Source of the DNA: an uncultured bacterium
Lineage (GTDB): Bacteria; Hinthialibacterota; Hinthialibacteria; Hinthialibacterales; Hinthialibacteraceae
DNA length: 64,000 bases
Direction of reading: 5' to 3'
Assembly: GCA_964556895.1 (NCBI GenBank)
Contig: CAZKYC010000013.1
Span: 49 to 64,048 of the forward strand
The notes under the pieces are model-generated. The model saw nothing but the letters and a program-made list of their open reading frames with translations. It made no database searches and was not told where the DNA came from. The translations under genes were made by a program, and so were the position numbers. This document shows, piece after piece, positions 1 through 10,619 of this stretch. The first letter of the stretch is position 1. Every line of letters starts with the position of its first letter.

Positions 1-46
1 AACGTATACAAATCCCGGATGAGCCCTAATTCAACTTTACGTTCCT

Positions 47-1873
47 CTACTCACTTGGCCCCTCTATGACGCGTTGCATCCGACTGACTTGTTTCCGGTC
101 CCAGATGGGCGCGTAATGGATCCACCATTCGCCCGGCTGCATCTTGGCGTACAACAAGTCGCCAATCACCAACGGGCTGTCTTTATCGGGCGCGTCGGTT
201 TCATTCTGGCTAATTGTATAGTGAAACACCTGTTCGCTTCGCGGCGCCTGTAATGTGGTGGGCTTACCATACCAATAGTGCATCCACTCAAATTGAATTT
301 TCGAATCAGATGGCAAGGCCGACGCCGAAGCCTGAACCGGACACCCCATTTCTTGTAATTTCAAGAGCGAGGTTTGAAAGGGGATCGAGTCGAGAAATTG
401 GTAGCGGAAATTAAAGGAGCGCCCGCCCTCAAAGTCGTCTTTGGTTCGACAGCCGTGGGTCGGCACCCAGAATTGAGAGTTTGAACTGATTCGATTGTAG
501 GAGTTGATGTATTGGTCTAGCCCTGTGCCTTGGATTGTCGCTTCGGGTTCGCCGTCGATAAACACATAATCATCGCCTTCATAATAGTAATGTTTTTCGT
601 CGCCGTATTCGGTTGAAATCATTTTGACGCTGGCCCCCATGTAGCGGCCCTGGCCTTCAAACTCAAATACTGGATAGGTATGAGCAATGTTTCCAAGCCG
701 TTTTGTGGGCTTGGCGAAAAAATACATCGCGTTGGGGTCAATTTCATCCAACGCAAGGCGGTATTCAAAATTCAATGGAACCGGCGCCGGGTTGGTTGAC
801 TCGATAAAAATCTGGGCCTCTTCATGATAGGGCATGTAAAATTGAGTGACCAAAATCTGTTTATGGGGCAGGTAGCCGTATGCAGGGTTGCTCCACCCGC
901 GGTTGGCGTCAACGACGTTAAAAAACTCGGCGAATGTACATTCGACCGCCGGGTCGACCATTGAATCCCAATACATAGTTAGCTTAAGGTTCTGAAAAAC
1001 CTCTACGGTATAGGCTTGGGTTGTGAATTGCAGGTATTGAATCGCGCCCGGCCCTCTGAGAGAGGCGATCAACTGGCGCCCATTAGGCCCAATGGTGACG
1101 CTGCCCGCGCGTTTGTTGAGGTCTTCGAAGTGTTGGTCAGCCGTTGATGCGATATAGTTGAATAATGTTTTTTTCGCCGTCTGGGTGCGCTTGTCAAACT
1201 CTTGGGAAAACGTTTTGGTTTGGACGCCGTCGCCCCACTGAATGGCCTGGACCTGGTATTGAATGCCCGTCGCGGCGCTGTCTATCGCGATGCGGCAGCG
1301 CTGCTCATACGGCATCGGCATGTAACAGACATAGCCGCCGCCGCTGGTTCTTGAGGTATAGACAAATAAATTGGTAAAGGGGGCTACTTTTTCATTAAAG
1401 AGCAGGTCAATGGTGGTATCGACGCGCGCATCTTCTTCGTCATCAAAATAGATGCGAATCGCACCGCTTACATTGCCCGACAACCAGATGCGGTTAATGC
1501 AGCCGGGGCCTTCGCCGTCGAACAACACCTTCCATTGGCGCCCATCGTCTTCGAAAGTCCCTTGAAAGACATCGACGTCAAACATCTCGCCGCGGCTGTG
1601 GCTGGAAGTAAACTGGACCGTCTCAGACGAATGCAACACCGCCATCGAGGCGGGGTTAGCCAAGCGGTTCATCATATAGGCAGTGTCGCGAATGGTTGTA
1701 GAAACCGCTTGGGACTCAGGCGTTAGCGCTGAAGCCTTGGCGACAGGATTGTCAGGAGGCGGCGGGCTGCATGCCCAATGGCACCAAGCGACCATACTAA
1801 CTAAGACTGTGAACGCAATAGACCAAAATCGATTATGACTTGTAGTTTGTTGGATCAGGGACGCCGGCTTCAT
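47..1873 (-). CDS. DUF2961/GH172-like exported protein
   Basis: 608 aa ORF with a hydrophobic N-terminus. It has two repeats of the DUF2961 pattern (GPGCINRIW / [16 protein letters not shown] / LTMYWD, YMPMPY / FYMPY) and a YEGDD...IDGE...GTGLDQY motif. The start is uncertain because it overlaps the queC 3' end by 41 nt. Confidence 0.7.
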   Translation of the reverse strand: MKPASLIQQTTSHNRFWSIAFTVLVSMVAWCHWACSPPPPDNPVAKASALTPESQAVSTTIRDTAYMMNRLANPASMAVLHSSETVQFTSSHSRGEMFDVDVFQGTFEDDGRQWKVLFDGEGPGCINRIWLSGNVSGAIRIYFDDEEDARVDTTIDLLFNEKVAPFTNLFVYTSRTSGGGYVCYMPMPYEQRCRIAIDSAATGIQYQVQAIQWGDGVQTKTFSQEFDKRTQTAKKTLFNYIASTADQHFEDLNKRAGSVTIGPNGRQLIASLRGPGAIQYLQFTTQAYTVEVFQNLKLTMYWDSMVDPAVECTFAEFFNVVDANRGWSNPAYGYLPHKQILVTQFYMPYHEEAQIFIESTNPAPVPLNFEYRLALDEIDPNAMYFFAKPTKRLGNIAHTYPVFEFEGQGRYMGASVKMISTEYGDEKHYYYEGDDYVFIDGEPEATIQGTGLDQYINSYNRISSNSQFWVPTHGCRTKDDFEGGRSFNFRYQFLDSIPFQTSLLKLQEMGCPVQASASALPSDSKIQFEWMHYWYGKPTTLQAPRSEQVFHYTISQNETDAPDKDSPLVIGDLLYAKMQPGEWWIHYAPIWDRKQVSRMQRVIEGPSE

Positions 1874-2540
1874 GAAACCCTTTCTTTCTCAATAGGCAAC
1901 TATCGCACTGGCCGCAATGGAGGCCGCTGTCTGTTGGATCATAACAACTATGAGTGAGTTCAAATGGAGCATTCAGTTGGCTGCCCCGCTGGATGATCTG
2001 CGCCTTTGACCAATGGATCAATGGAGTCTGAAACTGGAGCGGGCGGCCTTCGACGCCAGTCTTCAGGCCCTGACGCGCCATTTCTTCAAATGCGGCCATA
2101 AACGCAGGACGACAGTCAGGGTACCCGCTGTAATCTAGCGCATTCACGCCAATGAAAATATGGTTGCGTTCAGACACTTCGGCGTGGGCGAGCGCGAATG
2201 ACAAGAAAATAATATTGCGCGCCGGGACATAAGTCACGGGGATAGCGCCCGCCATCTCGTCAGTGGAGCGGCCCTTGGGGACGTCAATAGCATCCGTCAG
2301 CGCCGAATGGCCAAACTGGCGCAGGTCGATATCGACTATCCGATGGTCAGAAACGCCGTAATGGCTGGCGATGGCCTGAGCGGCGTCTAATTCGATCAAG
2401 TGGCGTTGCCCATAGCGAAAGCTCAGCGCAGCGCAGTCATAGCCCTCATGAGCGGCAATCGCCAGCGTCACCGCAGAATCTAACCCGCCGCTTACTAAAA
2501 TTACCGCCCGTTTGTCTTGGTGGTCGCTCACGCGAGTCAT
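1833..2540 (-). CDS. queC: 7-cyano-7-deazaguanine synthase
   Basis: SGGLDS PP-loop, YVPARN, GYPDCR and a C-terminal zinc motif SCY...CGQCDSC. ATG at 2540 overlaps the queE stop. Confidence 0.95.
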   Translation of the reverse strand: MTRVSDHQDKRAVILVSGGLDSAVTLAIAAHEGYDCAALSFRYGQRHLIELDAAQAIASHYGVSDHRIVDIDLRQFGHSALTDAIDVPKGRSTDEMAGAIPVTYVPARNIIFLSFALAHAEVSERNHIFIGVNALDYSGYPDCRPAFMAAFEEMARQGLKTGVEGRPLQFQTPLIHWSKAQIIQRGSQLNAPFELTHSCYDPTDSGLHCGQCDSCLLRKKGFHEAGVPDPTNYKS

Positions 2541-3178
2541 ACACCTTTCGCGTCTGGCTGCCAGATGTATTTGTGAAGCTGTAACTGAAGCCGCGCCGGG
2601 ACGCCGTCGCCCAGAATCCAATTGACGAGTTCGACCGAATCGAGAACGCCAAACGACGGCGAAAAATGGGTGATGTGTTTCTCAAACAAACCATGCTCAC
2701 GACATACGCCGACCGACCAGTTATAATCGTCCTTGTCGGCGATCACAAATTTGATTTCATCATTCTCTGATAAAAATTTCAAATTGCCCCAATGGTTGCG
2801 GCGCGCCATCAGGCTGGACGGCGTTTTGATATCCATAATTTTTATCACATCCGGCGGCAACACATCCACCGCAAACGCCCCGCTGGTTTCAATTAACACA
2901 GTCGCGCCCAAATCAAGCAGGCGTTGGCATAATTCGGGCGTGTTGGGTTCTTCGAGCGGCTCGCCGCCTGTGATCTCGACCAGGTCGGCGCCCAGTTGTT
3001 TGACTTTGGCGACGACGTCGTCAAGCGGCGTCTCGCCGCCTGAATCAAATTCCAGCGCATACCCGGTGTCACAATACGAACAACGCAACGAACAGCCTGC
3101 GGTGCGCACGAACGTGCATGGGCGCCCGGCGTATGACGACTCGCCTTGGATGCTGCGGTAGATTTCAGAAATTCTCAT
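2537..3178 (-). CDS. queE: 7-carboxy-7-deazaguanine synthase (radical SAM)
   Basis: [28 protein letters not shown] and QLHKYIW motifs. Start set at MRISEIY because the longer ORF runs through a repeat. Confidence 0.93.
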   Translation of the reverse strand: MRISEIYRSIQGESSYAGRPCTFVRTAGCSLRCSYCDTGYALEFDSGGETPLDDVVAKVKQLGADLVEITGGEPLEEPNTPELCQRLLDLGATVLIETSGAFAVDVLPPDVIKIMDIKTPSSLMARRNHWGNLKFLSENDEIKFVIADKDDYNWSVGVCREHGLFEKHITHFSPSFGVLDSVELVNWILGDGVPARLQLQLHKYIWQPDAKGV

Positions 3179-3234
3179 TGGTATTGCTCTTGAAAGAATT
3201 CTATAGTAAGAAAACTGATACATGCCTTGTGAAA

Positions 3235-3310
3235 GGCATGGGTACAACTCTGCTCGCTTCGACGCCGCTCCGCGTTTTTGCATAGGCGCTCTCAGAGTTG
3301 CACCCATGCC
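3235..3310. repeat. Hairpin repeat family A, copy 1 (GAGATGGCT end at 3367-3375)
   Basis: GGCATGGGTACAACTCTG...CAGAGTTGCACCCATGCC. Homologous to the copies at 8374, 19617, 34571, 40906 and 47221. Confidence 0.9.
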
Positions 3311-3528
3311 ATCAAAAGGGTATCTATTGATGATATGCGGAAATCTCTTTTCCAAAAACAAGAACAGAGATGGCTACGCTCGTATCAGCATTTTTGCCTG
3401 TCAACGAAAACCTGGCAAGTGCATACCTCGCTCCCTCCCGTAAAGGGCGAAAGCGAATTAGTATAGTAGTTTCTGCACAGAAACGGCATCCAAGCATACC
3501 AAACGGTTTTCACTGAACGATAAAACGA

Positions 3529-4881
3529 ATGAAGTATCATATTCAAACCTTTGGCTGTCAGATGAACGTCTACGATACCGAATCGTTGGCGGGCCTACTC
3601 AATCGCGCCGGGCACGAATCGACCGACAACCTCGAAGAGGCCGAACTGATTCTGCTCAACACTTGTTCGATCCGCGAGGGCGCCGAAGACCGCGTTAGAG
3701 GCCGCGTCGGACAGCTGAAGCAATATAAAGACATCGCCAACCTTAAATACCTGGGCATCTGCGGCTGTATGGCCCAAAAAGAGGGCGAGCGCCTGCTTGA
3801 GAAGGTTCCATACCTTGATTTAGTGATGGGGCCGGGAGCGATTGGCTCGGTGTCCCGCCTGGTGGATGAAGTCCAGTCAGGTAAAGGCCCGGTGCTCGAT
3901 CTTCACGGCCTTGAAGACGACTACGATCAGGTGTTCCCCGTTTCGAATGAAGAGGTGGCCTACCCGCGCTTTGTTTCGGTGATGAAGGGCTGCGACAAGA
4001 AATGCACCTTTTGCGTAGTGCCGTTCACGCGCGGGCCCGAGCGTTCGCGGGCGCCGCATATCATTCTTCAAGAAGTCGAAAACCTGGTCAACAGGGGCCA
4101 CAAAGAAGTGACCCTGATCGGCCAGACCATCAACGCCTATCAATGGAACGACATTGATTTCGCCAAACTGCTAGAAATGGTCGACGCCGTCTCCGGCCTT
4201 GAGCGCTTGCGGTTTACCACGTCACACCCCAAAGACGCGACTGAACCGATGCTGCGCGCGATGGCCGAACTGCCCAGCGTCTGCGAGCAACTTCACCTAC
4301 CAGTGCAATGCGGTTCCGACCGTGTTCTTCGCCGCATGAAGCGCTTTTACACCAAAGACCAGTATATGGAAATCATCCATGACTATCGCCGCCGCTTTGA
4401 AGGGGCTGAGGTTATGCCTGCGGTGACGACAGACTTGATCGTGGGGTTCCCCGGCGAGACCGAAGAAGACTTTGAGATGACGCTCGACCTGGTGCGCGAG
4501 GTTCGCTATGACGCGGCGTATATGTTTAAATACTCGCCGCGCCGAGGCACCGCCGCCCTCAAACTCGACGGACAAGTCGATGAATTCACCAAAGCGCGCC
4601 GCCTCGACGCGTTAATCAAACTACAGAATGAAATCGCCCGCCAACTCAGCGACGCCGTGGTCGGTAAAACCGTCGAAGTCATGGTTGAACAGACCCATCA
4701 CGACCCCAAAAAAGGCATGACCTATGAAACCCGCATGCGCACCGGGCGCATCGTCATGCTGCACGGCGAACATGGGCCCTTTGAGATCGGCGATATCTTG
4801 TCGGTCAAGATTACCTCGGCGGCCTATTTTACGTTATATGGGGCCCCCGTCTGTGACCAGGTAAAAACCATTGTGGCGTAA
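3529..4881 (+). CDS. miaB: tRNA-2-methylthio-N6-dimethylallyladenosine synthase
   Basis: TFGCQMN, NTCSIR, GCMAQ, GCDKKCTFC radical SAM motif and a C-terminal TRAM domain. Confidence 0.95.
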   Translation: MKYHIQTFGCQMNVYDTESLAGLLNRAGHESTDNLEEAELILLNTCSIREGAEDRVRGRVGQLKQYKDIANLKYLGICGCMAQKEGERLLEKVPYLDLVMGPGAIGSVSRLVDEVQSGKGPVLDLHGLEDDYDQVFPVSNEEVAYPRFVSVMKGCDKKCTFCVVPFTRGPERSRAPHIILQEVENLVNRGHKEVTLIGQTINAYQWNDIDFAKLLEMVDAVSGLERLRFTTSHPKDATEPMLRAMAELPSVCEQLHLPVQCGSDRVLRRMKRFYTKDQYMEIIHDYRRRFEGAEVMPAVTTDLIVGFPGETEEDFEMTLDLVREVRYDAAYMFKYSPRRGTAALKLDGQVDEFTKARRLDALIKLQNEIARQLSDAVVGKTVEVMVEQTHHDPKKGMTYETRMRTGRIVMLHGEHGPFEIGDILSVKITSAAYFTLYGAPVCDQVKTIVA

Positions 4882-5707
4882 ATGGATTCTGCCCGTTGCC
4901 GTTTCATTGCTGTTGGCCGCGCCCGGCGCCAGCCGGGGCCAGTTGTTGAACCCCTCCACCAACACGCTTGACCCTATCACCCAGCGCGCCCTCGACGAGT
5001 TAGACCGCCTCACATTGACAGGAACGCCTGAACAGGTGAAGGAACAGTTGCTGCGCGTGATTAACAGTTCGGGCTATATCAAGCCGCTGGCGCGGGTGTT
5101 TTATCAACTGGCCGCCCAAAACGAAGGCGACGCCAACCAGGCCGCGCAATCGTATTTTACCGTTATTGATCAGTGGCCTGAATCAGCCTGGGCGCAAAAA
5201 GCCTTAATCGAATTGGCGCCGCTGATTTTAATGAGCGACGGCGAGGTGGGGGCCGCCTATATTCAACCTATATGGAAAAAACAAGACGTCTTATTGTCTA
5301 AAGCGGTCGATGCGGCCGAAGTGGGAGAAACCCCCGAGACGCTGCTCAAAGAGGTGTTTTTAAATCTTGTCTATATCGCCAATCAACAAAATCTGAGCGG
5401 GCTGTTAGAGTCGCTCTCTCAACACCCACTCGCCCAACACCCCGACGCCGCCGAGGTGGTTGCGCTGGCGCGGGCGTCGGCGTCGATTCATTCTGGGCGG
5501 CCTGAATTGGGCGAAGCGCGCCTTCAGGCGTGGCTGTCCGATTGGCCTCATTCGCCGCTGCGAGCCTACGCCTATCTTTTATTTTATGAGTCTTCGGGCG
5601 ACCCCAGCGCGAGACATGAATCAGCGGCCCGGATTCGGGACGAGTATGCGGAAACGTTAGAAGCCCGGATGCTTGAGCGGCGGCTCACCAACAGCGGACG
5701 GTTTTAA
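4871..5707 (+). CDS. Secreted alpha-helical (TPR-like) hypothetical protein
   Basis: Signal peptide (MWRKWILPVAVSLLLAAPGASRG) and 'DQWPES' / 'SDWPHS' motifs typical of BamD/YbgF-like TPRs. Overlaps the miaB end. Confidence 0.6.
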   Translation: MWRKWILPVAVSLLLAAPGASRGQLLNPSTNTLDPITQRALDELDRLTLTGTPEQVKEQLLRVINSSGYIKPLARVFYQLAAQNEGDANQAAQSYFTVIDQWPESAWAQKALIELAPLILMSDGEVGAAYIQPIWKKQDVLLSKAVDAAEVGETPETLLKEVFLNLVYIANQQNLSGLLESLSQHPLAQHPDAAEVVALARASASIHSGRPELGEARLQAWLSDWPHSPLRAYAYLLFYESSGDPSARHESAARIRDEYAETLEARMLERRLTNSGRF

Positions 5708-5756
5708 GCGGCGCACAGCCTGCAGTCGAAACCAAATACAAACCCATGAAGGCCGG

Positions 5757-7466
5757 TCAACTGCCAGAGTTCACTAATTCTTCGACTGGCTCAGGCTTAA
5801 CCATGTCTATGCTCGACGGGTCTTCAGTCGGTGCATCGTCATCGGCTAACTCTCCGGTCTCTGGCCCTGCCTCGGGCTCCTCCGGAGATGAGGGCCCCGG
5901 GAGAGAGTCTCCTCCCGAGCCCGTCCGGCCGACAGCATCGAAGACAGAGGCCAGAAACTCGTTGCGTTTTTTCTTGGCCAATGTGCTATTGCTTTGCAGG
6001 TCGATTTCAACCTCAGGCGAACACTCAAACATCGTATATACTGAGAACTTGCCTGATTTGAGTTCACGATATTCATCGGGGCGCAGGTCTTTGCCAAGCG
6101 GGATGTCAAGCACCCAGCCGTAGGCGTCAGCGATCGACTGGTCAATCTGACGCTCAAACGCGCTGTATTGCTTTCGTTTATCAATAATACGGGTGAGATA
6201 TTCCTTATCGATCGCGACATCTTTGCGCTTGCTGGGCGGCAGGGTTTGAAGCTCGGCCATTTTGTCATCAACGTCTTTACGCGCTTTATAAATGTCATCC
6301 AGCGTCAGGGCGATAATTTCAGGCCCGTCGAGCGAGTCCTTGCCCGTGGCGAACACACTGATCATGGCCTTCAGGTGGGCTTGATACATCTTTGCGGTGA
6401 AGGTGCGCAATTCATAATTGTCGCCATAAAAGATCACATCACGCGGTAACATCTTTAACATAACTTGCGGCGAGGTGGAATTTGATTGCAGTTTACGAAC
6501 AATGCGCTCACGTAACGCCGGGCAGAGCTCTTTGGTGATCATAAATTGACGGAACTTTTTATGGTCAAATTCGGAGAACTGCATTTTTTCGGTGAACTGC
6601 CAAGTAAACAGCAGGTTCTCGGCGTTTTCGATTTCGTCTGGTGTGAGAGTGATCTCTAAATCTTGGACTTGTTGTTCGAGGTTGCTTCGATAACTCAATG
6701 AACTGTTGTAGTCGTCTTCGAGCGATTTGATATGTTTGTCGAGAATGATTTGCTGCAAGGTGCGCCCAACGATGTGGTTTTTTAGCGTCTTGTTTTTATC
6801 TAGCTGCGACTTGATCTCGCGTTTGAGCTTCGTGAACCAATAACACCAACTCTCAAAGCCGCGAAGAGTAAATGACTCTTCTTCGGTCTTGGCTTCAATC
6901 TTGAGGCCTTTGGCGAGCGGACTAAACATCTGTAAGCCCGCGTGGCGAATAAACCGCTTAAACTCGACCGCAGTGAGTTTGGCCAACACCGGGGAATTTT
7001 CAGCGTCAATCTTGAGTTCAGCAAGAAACTTCGCCGCGTCTTCTTCGGAGGCGGAATGCAGTCGGTTAATCAATTCGCGTATTTGATGAGCAATCGAGTC
7101 TGAGATGGTGTCAGTGCGTTTCACCACCATTTCAACCCGCTCCATAATCTCTTTGTCACTGACCATTTTGCCAGAGGTATTTTCTTCACATTTGCGCTTG
7201 AAGAAACTGAGGTCTTCGGGGGCGAGCCATACGCCTGATTCACGGAACGCCTTTTTGACAATCCGTTCGCCCCAAACGCGGTCGCCGCTGGCCTTTTTCC
7301 AGCCCCATTTGTAGAAGGGCGAGGTTTTTTCACCAGACCATTTGTTGACCAAACCTAATTCGGCCAATAGGTTTTTTTGTTCTACGCGGCCGCCCGGCGA
7401 CGCCAAGACGATGAGCAGAAGCACCAAAACCACAACGATAACGGCTATGGCGATGATAATAATCAT
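5757..7466 (-). CDS. Hypothetical protein with N-terminal membrane anchor and helical/coiled-coil body
   Basis: Long ORF with a strongly hydrophobic MIIIIAIAVIVVVLVLLLIVLA start and an acidic disordered tail. No family recognised. Confidence 0.7.
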   Translation of the reverse strand: MIIIIAIAVIVVVLVLLLIVLASPGGRVEQKNLLAELGLVNKWSGEKTSPFYKWGWKKASGDRVWGERIVKKAFRESGVWLAPEDLSFFKRKCEENTSGKMVSDKEIMERVEMVVKRTDTISDSIAHQIRELINRLHSASEEDAAKFLAELKIDAENSPVLAKLTAVEFKRFIRHAGLQMFSPLAKGLKIEAKTEEESFTLRGFESWCYWFTKLKREIKSQLDKNKTLKNHIVGRTLQQIILDKHIKSLEDDYNSSLSYRSNLEQQVQDLEITLTPDEIENAENLLFTWQFTEKMQFSEFDHKKFRQFMITKELCPALRERIVRKLQSNSTSPQVMLKMLPRDVIFYGDNYELRTFTAKMYQAHLKAMISVFATGKDSLDGPEIIALTLDDIYKARKDVDDKMAELQTLPPSKRKDVAIDKEYLTRIIDKRKQYSAFERQIDQSIADAYGWVLDIPLGKDLRPDEYRELKSGKFSVYTMFECSPEVEIDLQSNSTLAKKKRNEFLASVFDAVGRTGSGGDSLPGPSSPEEPEAGPETGELADDDAPTEDPSSIDMVKPEPVEELVNSGS

Positions 7467-7694
7467 TCTGGTTCCAATGAGCGTTTTTTGTCTTACTACA
7501 AAAAGCAAAAAACGGGCTAATTTATTCTGATGGTCTAACAAAACTAGAAAATACGGCAAATTATATAAAACCAGTAAGTTAACAGGACATAGTTAAGAAA
7601 AAAATATACTCATATATTGGCATTTCTTACCCAATAGTAGCACAAAGTGAATAATAATAATATCAATATGAGAAATCTATTAGTATGAGAAATC

Positions 7695-8309
7695 TCAGTC
7701 AGTCAAAATTCTAACCCGCCTTCCATTTAATTTCAGTCTGTTTTGAGTAAACAATTTGACCGCTTCAGGATAAAGTTTCCGCTCGGTCGCCTGGACGCGC
7801 TCTGCCAGCGAGTCGGGGGTGTCGTCATCTAACACCTCAACCGCTTGTTGAAGAATGATTGGCCCGGTGTCATATTGCCCGTCGACGAAATGGACCGTAC
7901 AGCCTGTGAGTTTGACGCCCGACTCGATGACCGCTTCGTGAACATGATGGCCGTACATGCCCTTGCCGCAAAACGCCGGGATCAGCGCCGGGTGGACGTT
8001 CATGATTCGCCCGGTGTATGAGTCTCCCGGCCAGAACAGCGACATAAAGCCGGCGAATAATACCAAATCAGGGTTCTCACTATCGACAGCCGCTGTCAAC
8101 GCCTGGTTGTAATCAGCCCATTCGCTGAACGACTTTCGGGCGACAACATCGGTTGGGATGTTGTGGTTTTGAGCGCGTTGAAGGCCGTAGGCGTTGCTAC
8201 GGCTTGATATAACCCTAGTGATTTGAATGGGCAACAGGCCTGATTCACTCAGGTCGATGAAGTTTTGTAAGGTAGTGCCGCTTCCGGAAAGCATCACAAC
8301 AACGCGCAT
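7695..8309 (-). CDS. purN: Phosphoribosylglycinamide formyltransferase
   Basis: SGSGTTLQ, AGFM, NVHPALIPAF, GCTVHFVD and DTGPII motifs. Confidence 0.95.
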   Translation of the reverse strand: MRVVVMLSGSGTTLQNFIDLSESGLLPIQITRVISSRSNAYGLQRAQNHNIPTDVVARKSFSEWADYNQALTAAVDSENPDLVLFAGFMSLFWPGDSYTGRIMNVHPALIPAFCGKGMYGHHVHEAVIESGVKLTGCTVHFVDGQYDTGPIILQQAVEVLDDDTPDSLAERVQATERKLYPEAVKLFTQNRLKLNGRRVRILTD

Positions 8310-8334
8310 GGCTGAGTTCCTTTATTCTAAGCAA

Positions 8335-8520
8335 TTCACAGCCATCTCAATTCAAAATCAAGGTGCAGCGAGTGGCCTAGGCACAACTCTGCTCGCTTCA
8401 GTGCGGGCTTTCAGGCCCATTTACACAGGCGCTCCCAGAGTTGCACCCAGGCCTGATAAACATGTCGAAATTCAAAATACCCTTGTTTCTTTGATTCCAA
8501 CCGATTGAGATGGCTGTGAA
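8335..8520. mobile_element. MITE-like element with 17-bp perfect terminal inverted repeats, carrying family A copy 2 (8374-8453)
   Basis: TTCACAGCCATCTCAAT at 8335-8351 and ATTGAGATGGCTGTGAA at 8504-8520. No credible coding sequence. Confidence 0.7.
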
Positions 8521-8596
8521 CAAAATACCACACCACTTCAGCAATATTCAAACCTCATGATCGACTGATAGGCTTCAAATCTTTTTTTGTCTCGGG

Positions 8597-8644
8597 TTGA
8601 CAAATTTAATTAGGCGCCTTACCATTTAGTTAGGCGCCTAATTA
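8597..8644 (+). promoter_or_regulatory. Sigma70 promoter of the marR-RND operon with overlapping MarR-type operators
   Basis: TTGACA(8597)-N17-TACCAT(8620). Palindromes TTAGGCGCCTTA (8610-8621) and perfect TTAGGCGCCTAA (8630-8641). Confidence 0.8.
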
Positions 8645-8679
8645 TCAGGCTGCTTACTACCTATTAGTGGTGGCCAAGA

Positions 8680-9228
8680 ATGAAAGAACCGCTTTTTCTC
8701 AAAAAAATTCCCAGCATTGACGTGCTAAATCAATGCGCCAAACAACATGCGGATATTGACACGGGCGTGATAGAGGCGTTGATGTTCCTGCTTCACACAT
8801 CAGGCGAGTTGATCAATGGCGGGGCGGAATATTTTCAGCGATATGGGACCACGCCGGCGCGGTTTAGTTTGATGATGCACCTCCACATGAACCACCAAGG
8901 GTCGCTCAGCCCCTCTGATTTGGCGGAACGCACCGGCGTCACCCGCGCCACCATCACCGGCGTGTTAGACGGCCTGGAACGGGAAGGCTTGATTCAACGC
9001 GAGCCAGACTCGAATGACCGCCGTTCACAAGTCGTTCGCCTGACAGACAAAGCCCGCTCGTTTTTGCATGACTTTTTGCCTGGCCATTTCAAGCGGATAC
9101 AGGGGCTAATGGCGAATGTAAGCGACAAAGAAAAAAAACAATTGGTTTCAATTCTAACGAAAATTTTGTCGAACCTGAGCGTATTCAATCGTAACGACGA
9201 TGACGAGCCGTCGAAAGGCGAAGCATGA
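8680..9228 (+). CDS. MarR family transcriptional regulator
   Basis: SPSDLAERTGVTRATITGVLDGLEREGLIQR...DRRSQVVRLT winged helix. Confidence 0.93.
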   Translation: MKEPLFLKKIPSIDVLNQCAKQHADIDTGVIEALMFLLHTSGELINGGAEYFQRYGTTPARFSLMMHLHMNHQGSLSPSDLAERTGVTRATITGVLDGLEREGLIQREPDSNDRRSQVVRLTDKARSFLHDFLPGHFKRIQGLMANVSDKEKKQLVSILTKILSNLSVFNRNDDDEPSKGEA

Positions 9229-10619
9229 GAAACACAGCGATCTTTATCTTGATAGGACTCACCTTCGCTTCTTGCGCTGTGCATGAGGTCAAACAAGACG
9301 TTCCACTTTCGTTTGAAGTTCCCGACGCGTTTCGCAGCCAGGGCGGCGGGCCCGCGCCCGACCGTTGGTGGCGATCGATTGACGACCCGGCGCTGCATTC
9401 GCTCATTGATCAAGGCCTCGCCAGAAACCTTTCGCTTCGCCAGGCGTGGTCGCGGCTGGCGCAGGCGCGCGCGATTTGGAAAACCGCGTCTTCAGAGTTA
9501 AGCCCTGACGTCTCCGTTGATTTGGGCGCGTCACGCTTTCGCAATGAGGTTTCAGACCAGTCAACCGTGACAGGAAACTATTCTGCGTCAATCATCACCT
9601 CGTACGAAATTGATTTATGGAAGCGCATCGAGTCGCAACAACGCGCCGCCAGTCTCGACCTTGAGGCCAGCCGCGCCGATGTTGAAGCGACTGCGCTCTC
9701 GCTCAGCGCCAGCATCGCTTCGGTGTGGTATTCGATTGTCGAACAACAAGCCAGGCTGGCGCTGCTTTTCCAACAGGTTGAAGTGAGCAAGACGTTTTTA
9801 GAGTTGATCGAGCTGCGATTCAGCCAGGGGCGGTCCAGCGCGGTCGAAGTGTATCAACAGCGCGCCCAATTGGCGGCGATTGAGACTGAGGCGCCTGGCG
9901 CAGAATCGTTGTTGCGCGTATTTCAAAACCAACTCGCGGTGTTGTTGGGCGAGGCGCCGATGGACTTCGCGATTGAGACGCCAAGCGGGTTCCCTTCGAT
10001 CCCAGCGCCGCCCGCGACGGGCGCGCCAGCGTCGTTGTTGCTCAGGCGGCCTGATGTCAGCGCAACGTTGGCGCGGGTATACGCCGCCGACTCTCGCATC
10101 GGCGCCGCCATCGCCGCGCAATACCCGGCGCTGCGGTTGTCAGCGCGGTCTGAGTTTCAAAATAGCGACCTTGCCGACGTGTTTCAGAATTGGCTGCTCA
10201 ATCTCGCCAGCAACCTGACCACCCCCATTCTCGACGGCGGGCGCCGCAAGGCCGAAGTGGAGCGCAACCGCGCGGTCAAACAAGAACGCATCGCCGCATT
10301 TGAACAAGCGGTGTTGACCGCCTTTCAAGAAGTCGAAAACGCCTGGGCCCAAGAAGACCGCCAGCGTGAATTCATCACCCGGCTCAATACACAACTCAAC
10401 CACGACCGCCAGGCGTTTGACCAATCGCGCAACCGCTTTCGCCAAGGCATCGGCGAATACCTGCCGGTACTCACGTCGCTGCAATCGATGCAACGCGTCG
10501 AACGCAGCCTGATCAGCGCCCAGCGCGCGCTCATCGGCTTTCGCATCGACTTCTACGCCGCGCTGGGCGGCGGCTGGATGAGCGAACTCACGCCGCCCAA
10601 ACTTGAGGAGACGCTGTAA
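9225..10619 (+). CDS. Efflux outer membrane factor lipoprotein (NodT/TolC family)
   Basis: Lipobox FASC, WW..DD..L, SYEIDLW, LLRRPDV and ALGGGW motifs. Confidence 0.93.
   Translation: MRNTAIFILIGLTFASCAVHEVKQDVPLSFEVPDAFRSQGGGPAPDRWWRSIDDPALHSLIDQGLARNLSLRQAWSRLAQARAIWKTASSELSPDVSVDLGASRFRNEVSDQSTVTGNYSASIITSYEIDLWKRIESQQRAASLDLEASRADVEATALSLSASIASVWYSIVEQQARLALLFQQVEVSKTFLELIELRFSQGRSSAVEVYQQRAQLAAIETEAPGAESLLRVFQNQLAVLLGEAPMDFAIETPSGFPSIPAPPATGAPASLLLRRPDVSATLARVYAADSRIGAAIAAQYPALRLSARSEFQNSDLADVFQNWLLNLASNLTTPILDGGRRKAEVERNRAVKQERIAAFEQAVLTAFQEVENAWAQEDRQREFITRLNTQLNHDRQAFDQSRNRFRQGIGEYLPVLTSLQSMQRVERSLISAQRALIGFRIDFYAALGGGWMSELTPPKLEETL

Noticed and set aside
3179-3234. preQ1 riboswitch upstream of queE
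   Set aside because: The only A-rich preQ1-like tail (TAAGAAAACTGA) is on the wrong strand and there is no matching stem-loop.
3235-3310. Family A hairpins as integron attC sites
   Set aside because: AAC...GTT is present but does not fit RYYYAAC/GTTRRRY and is lost in copy 6. The copies flank housekeeping genes rather than cassettes, and the recombinase here looks like XerD, not IntI.
3179-3361. N-terminal extension of QueE in the ORF track
   Set aside because: It is read-through across the family A repeat; the same peptide (MGATLRAP..) appears in the spurious ORF 34341-34643.
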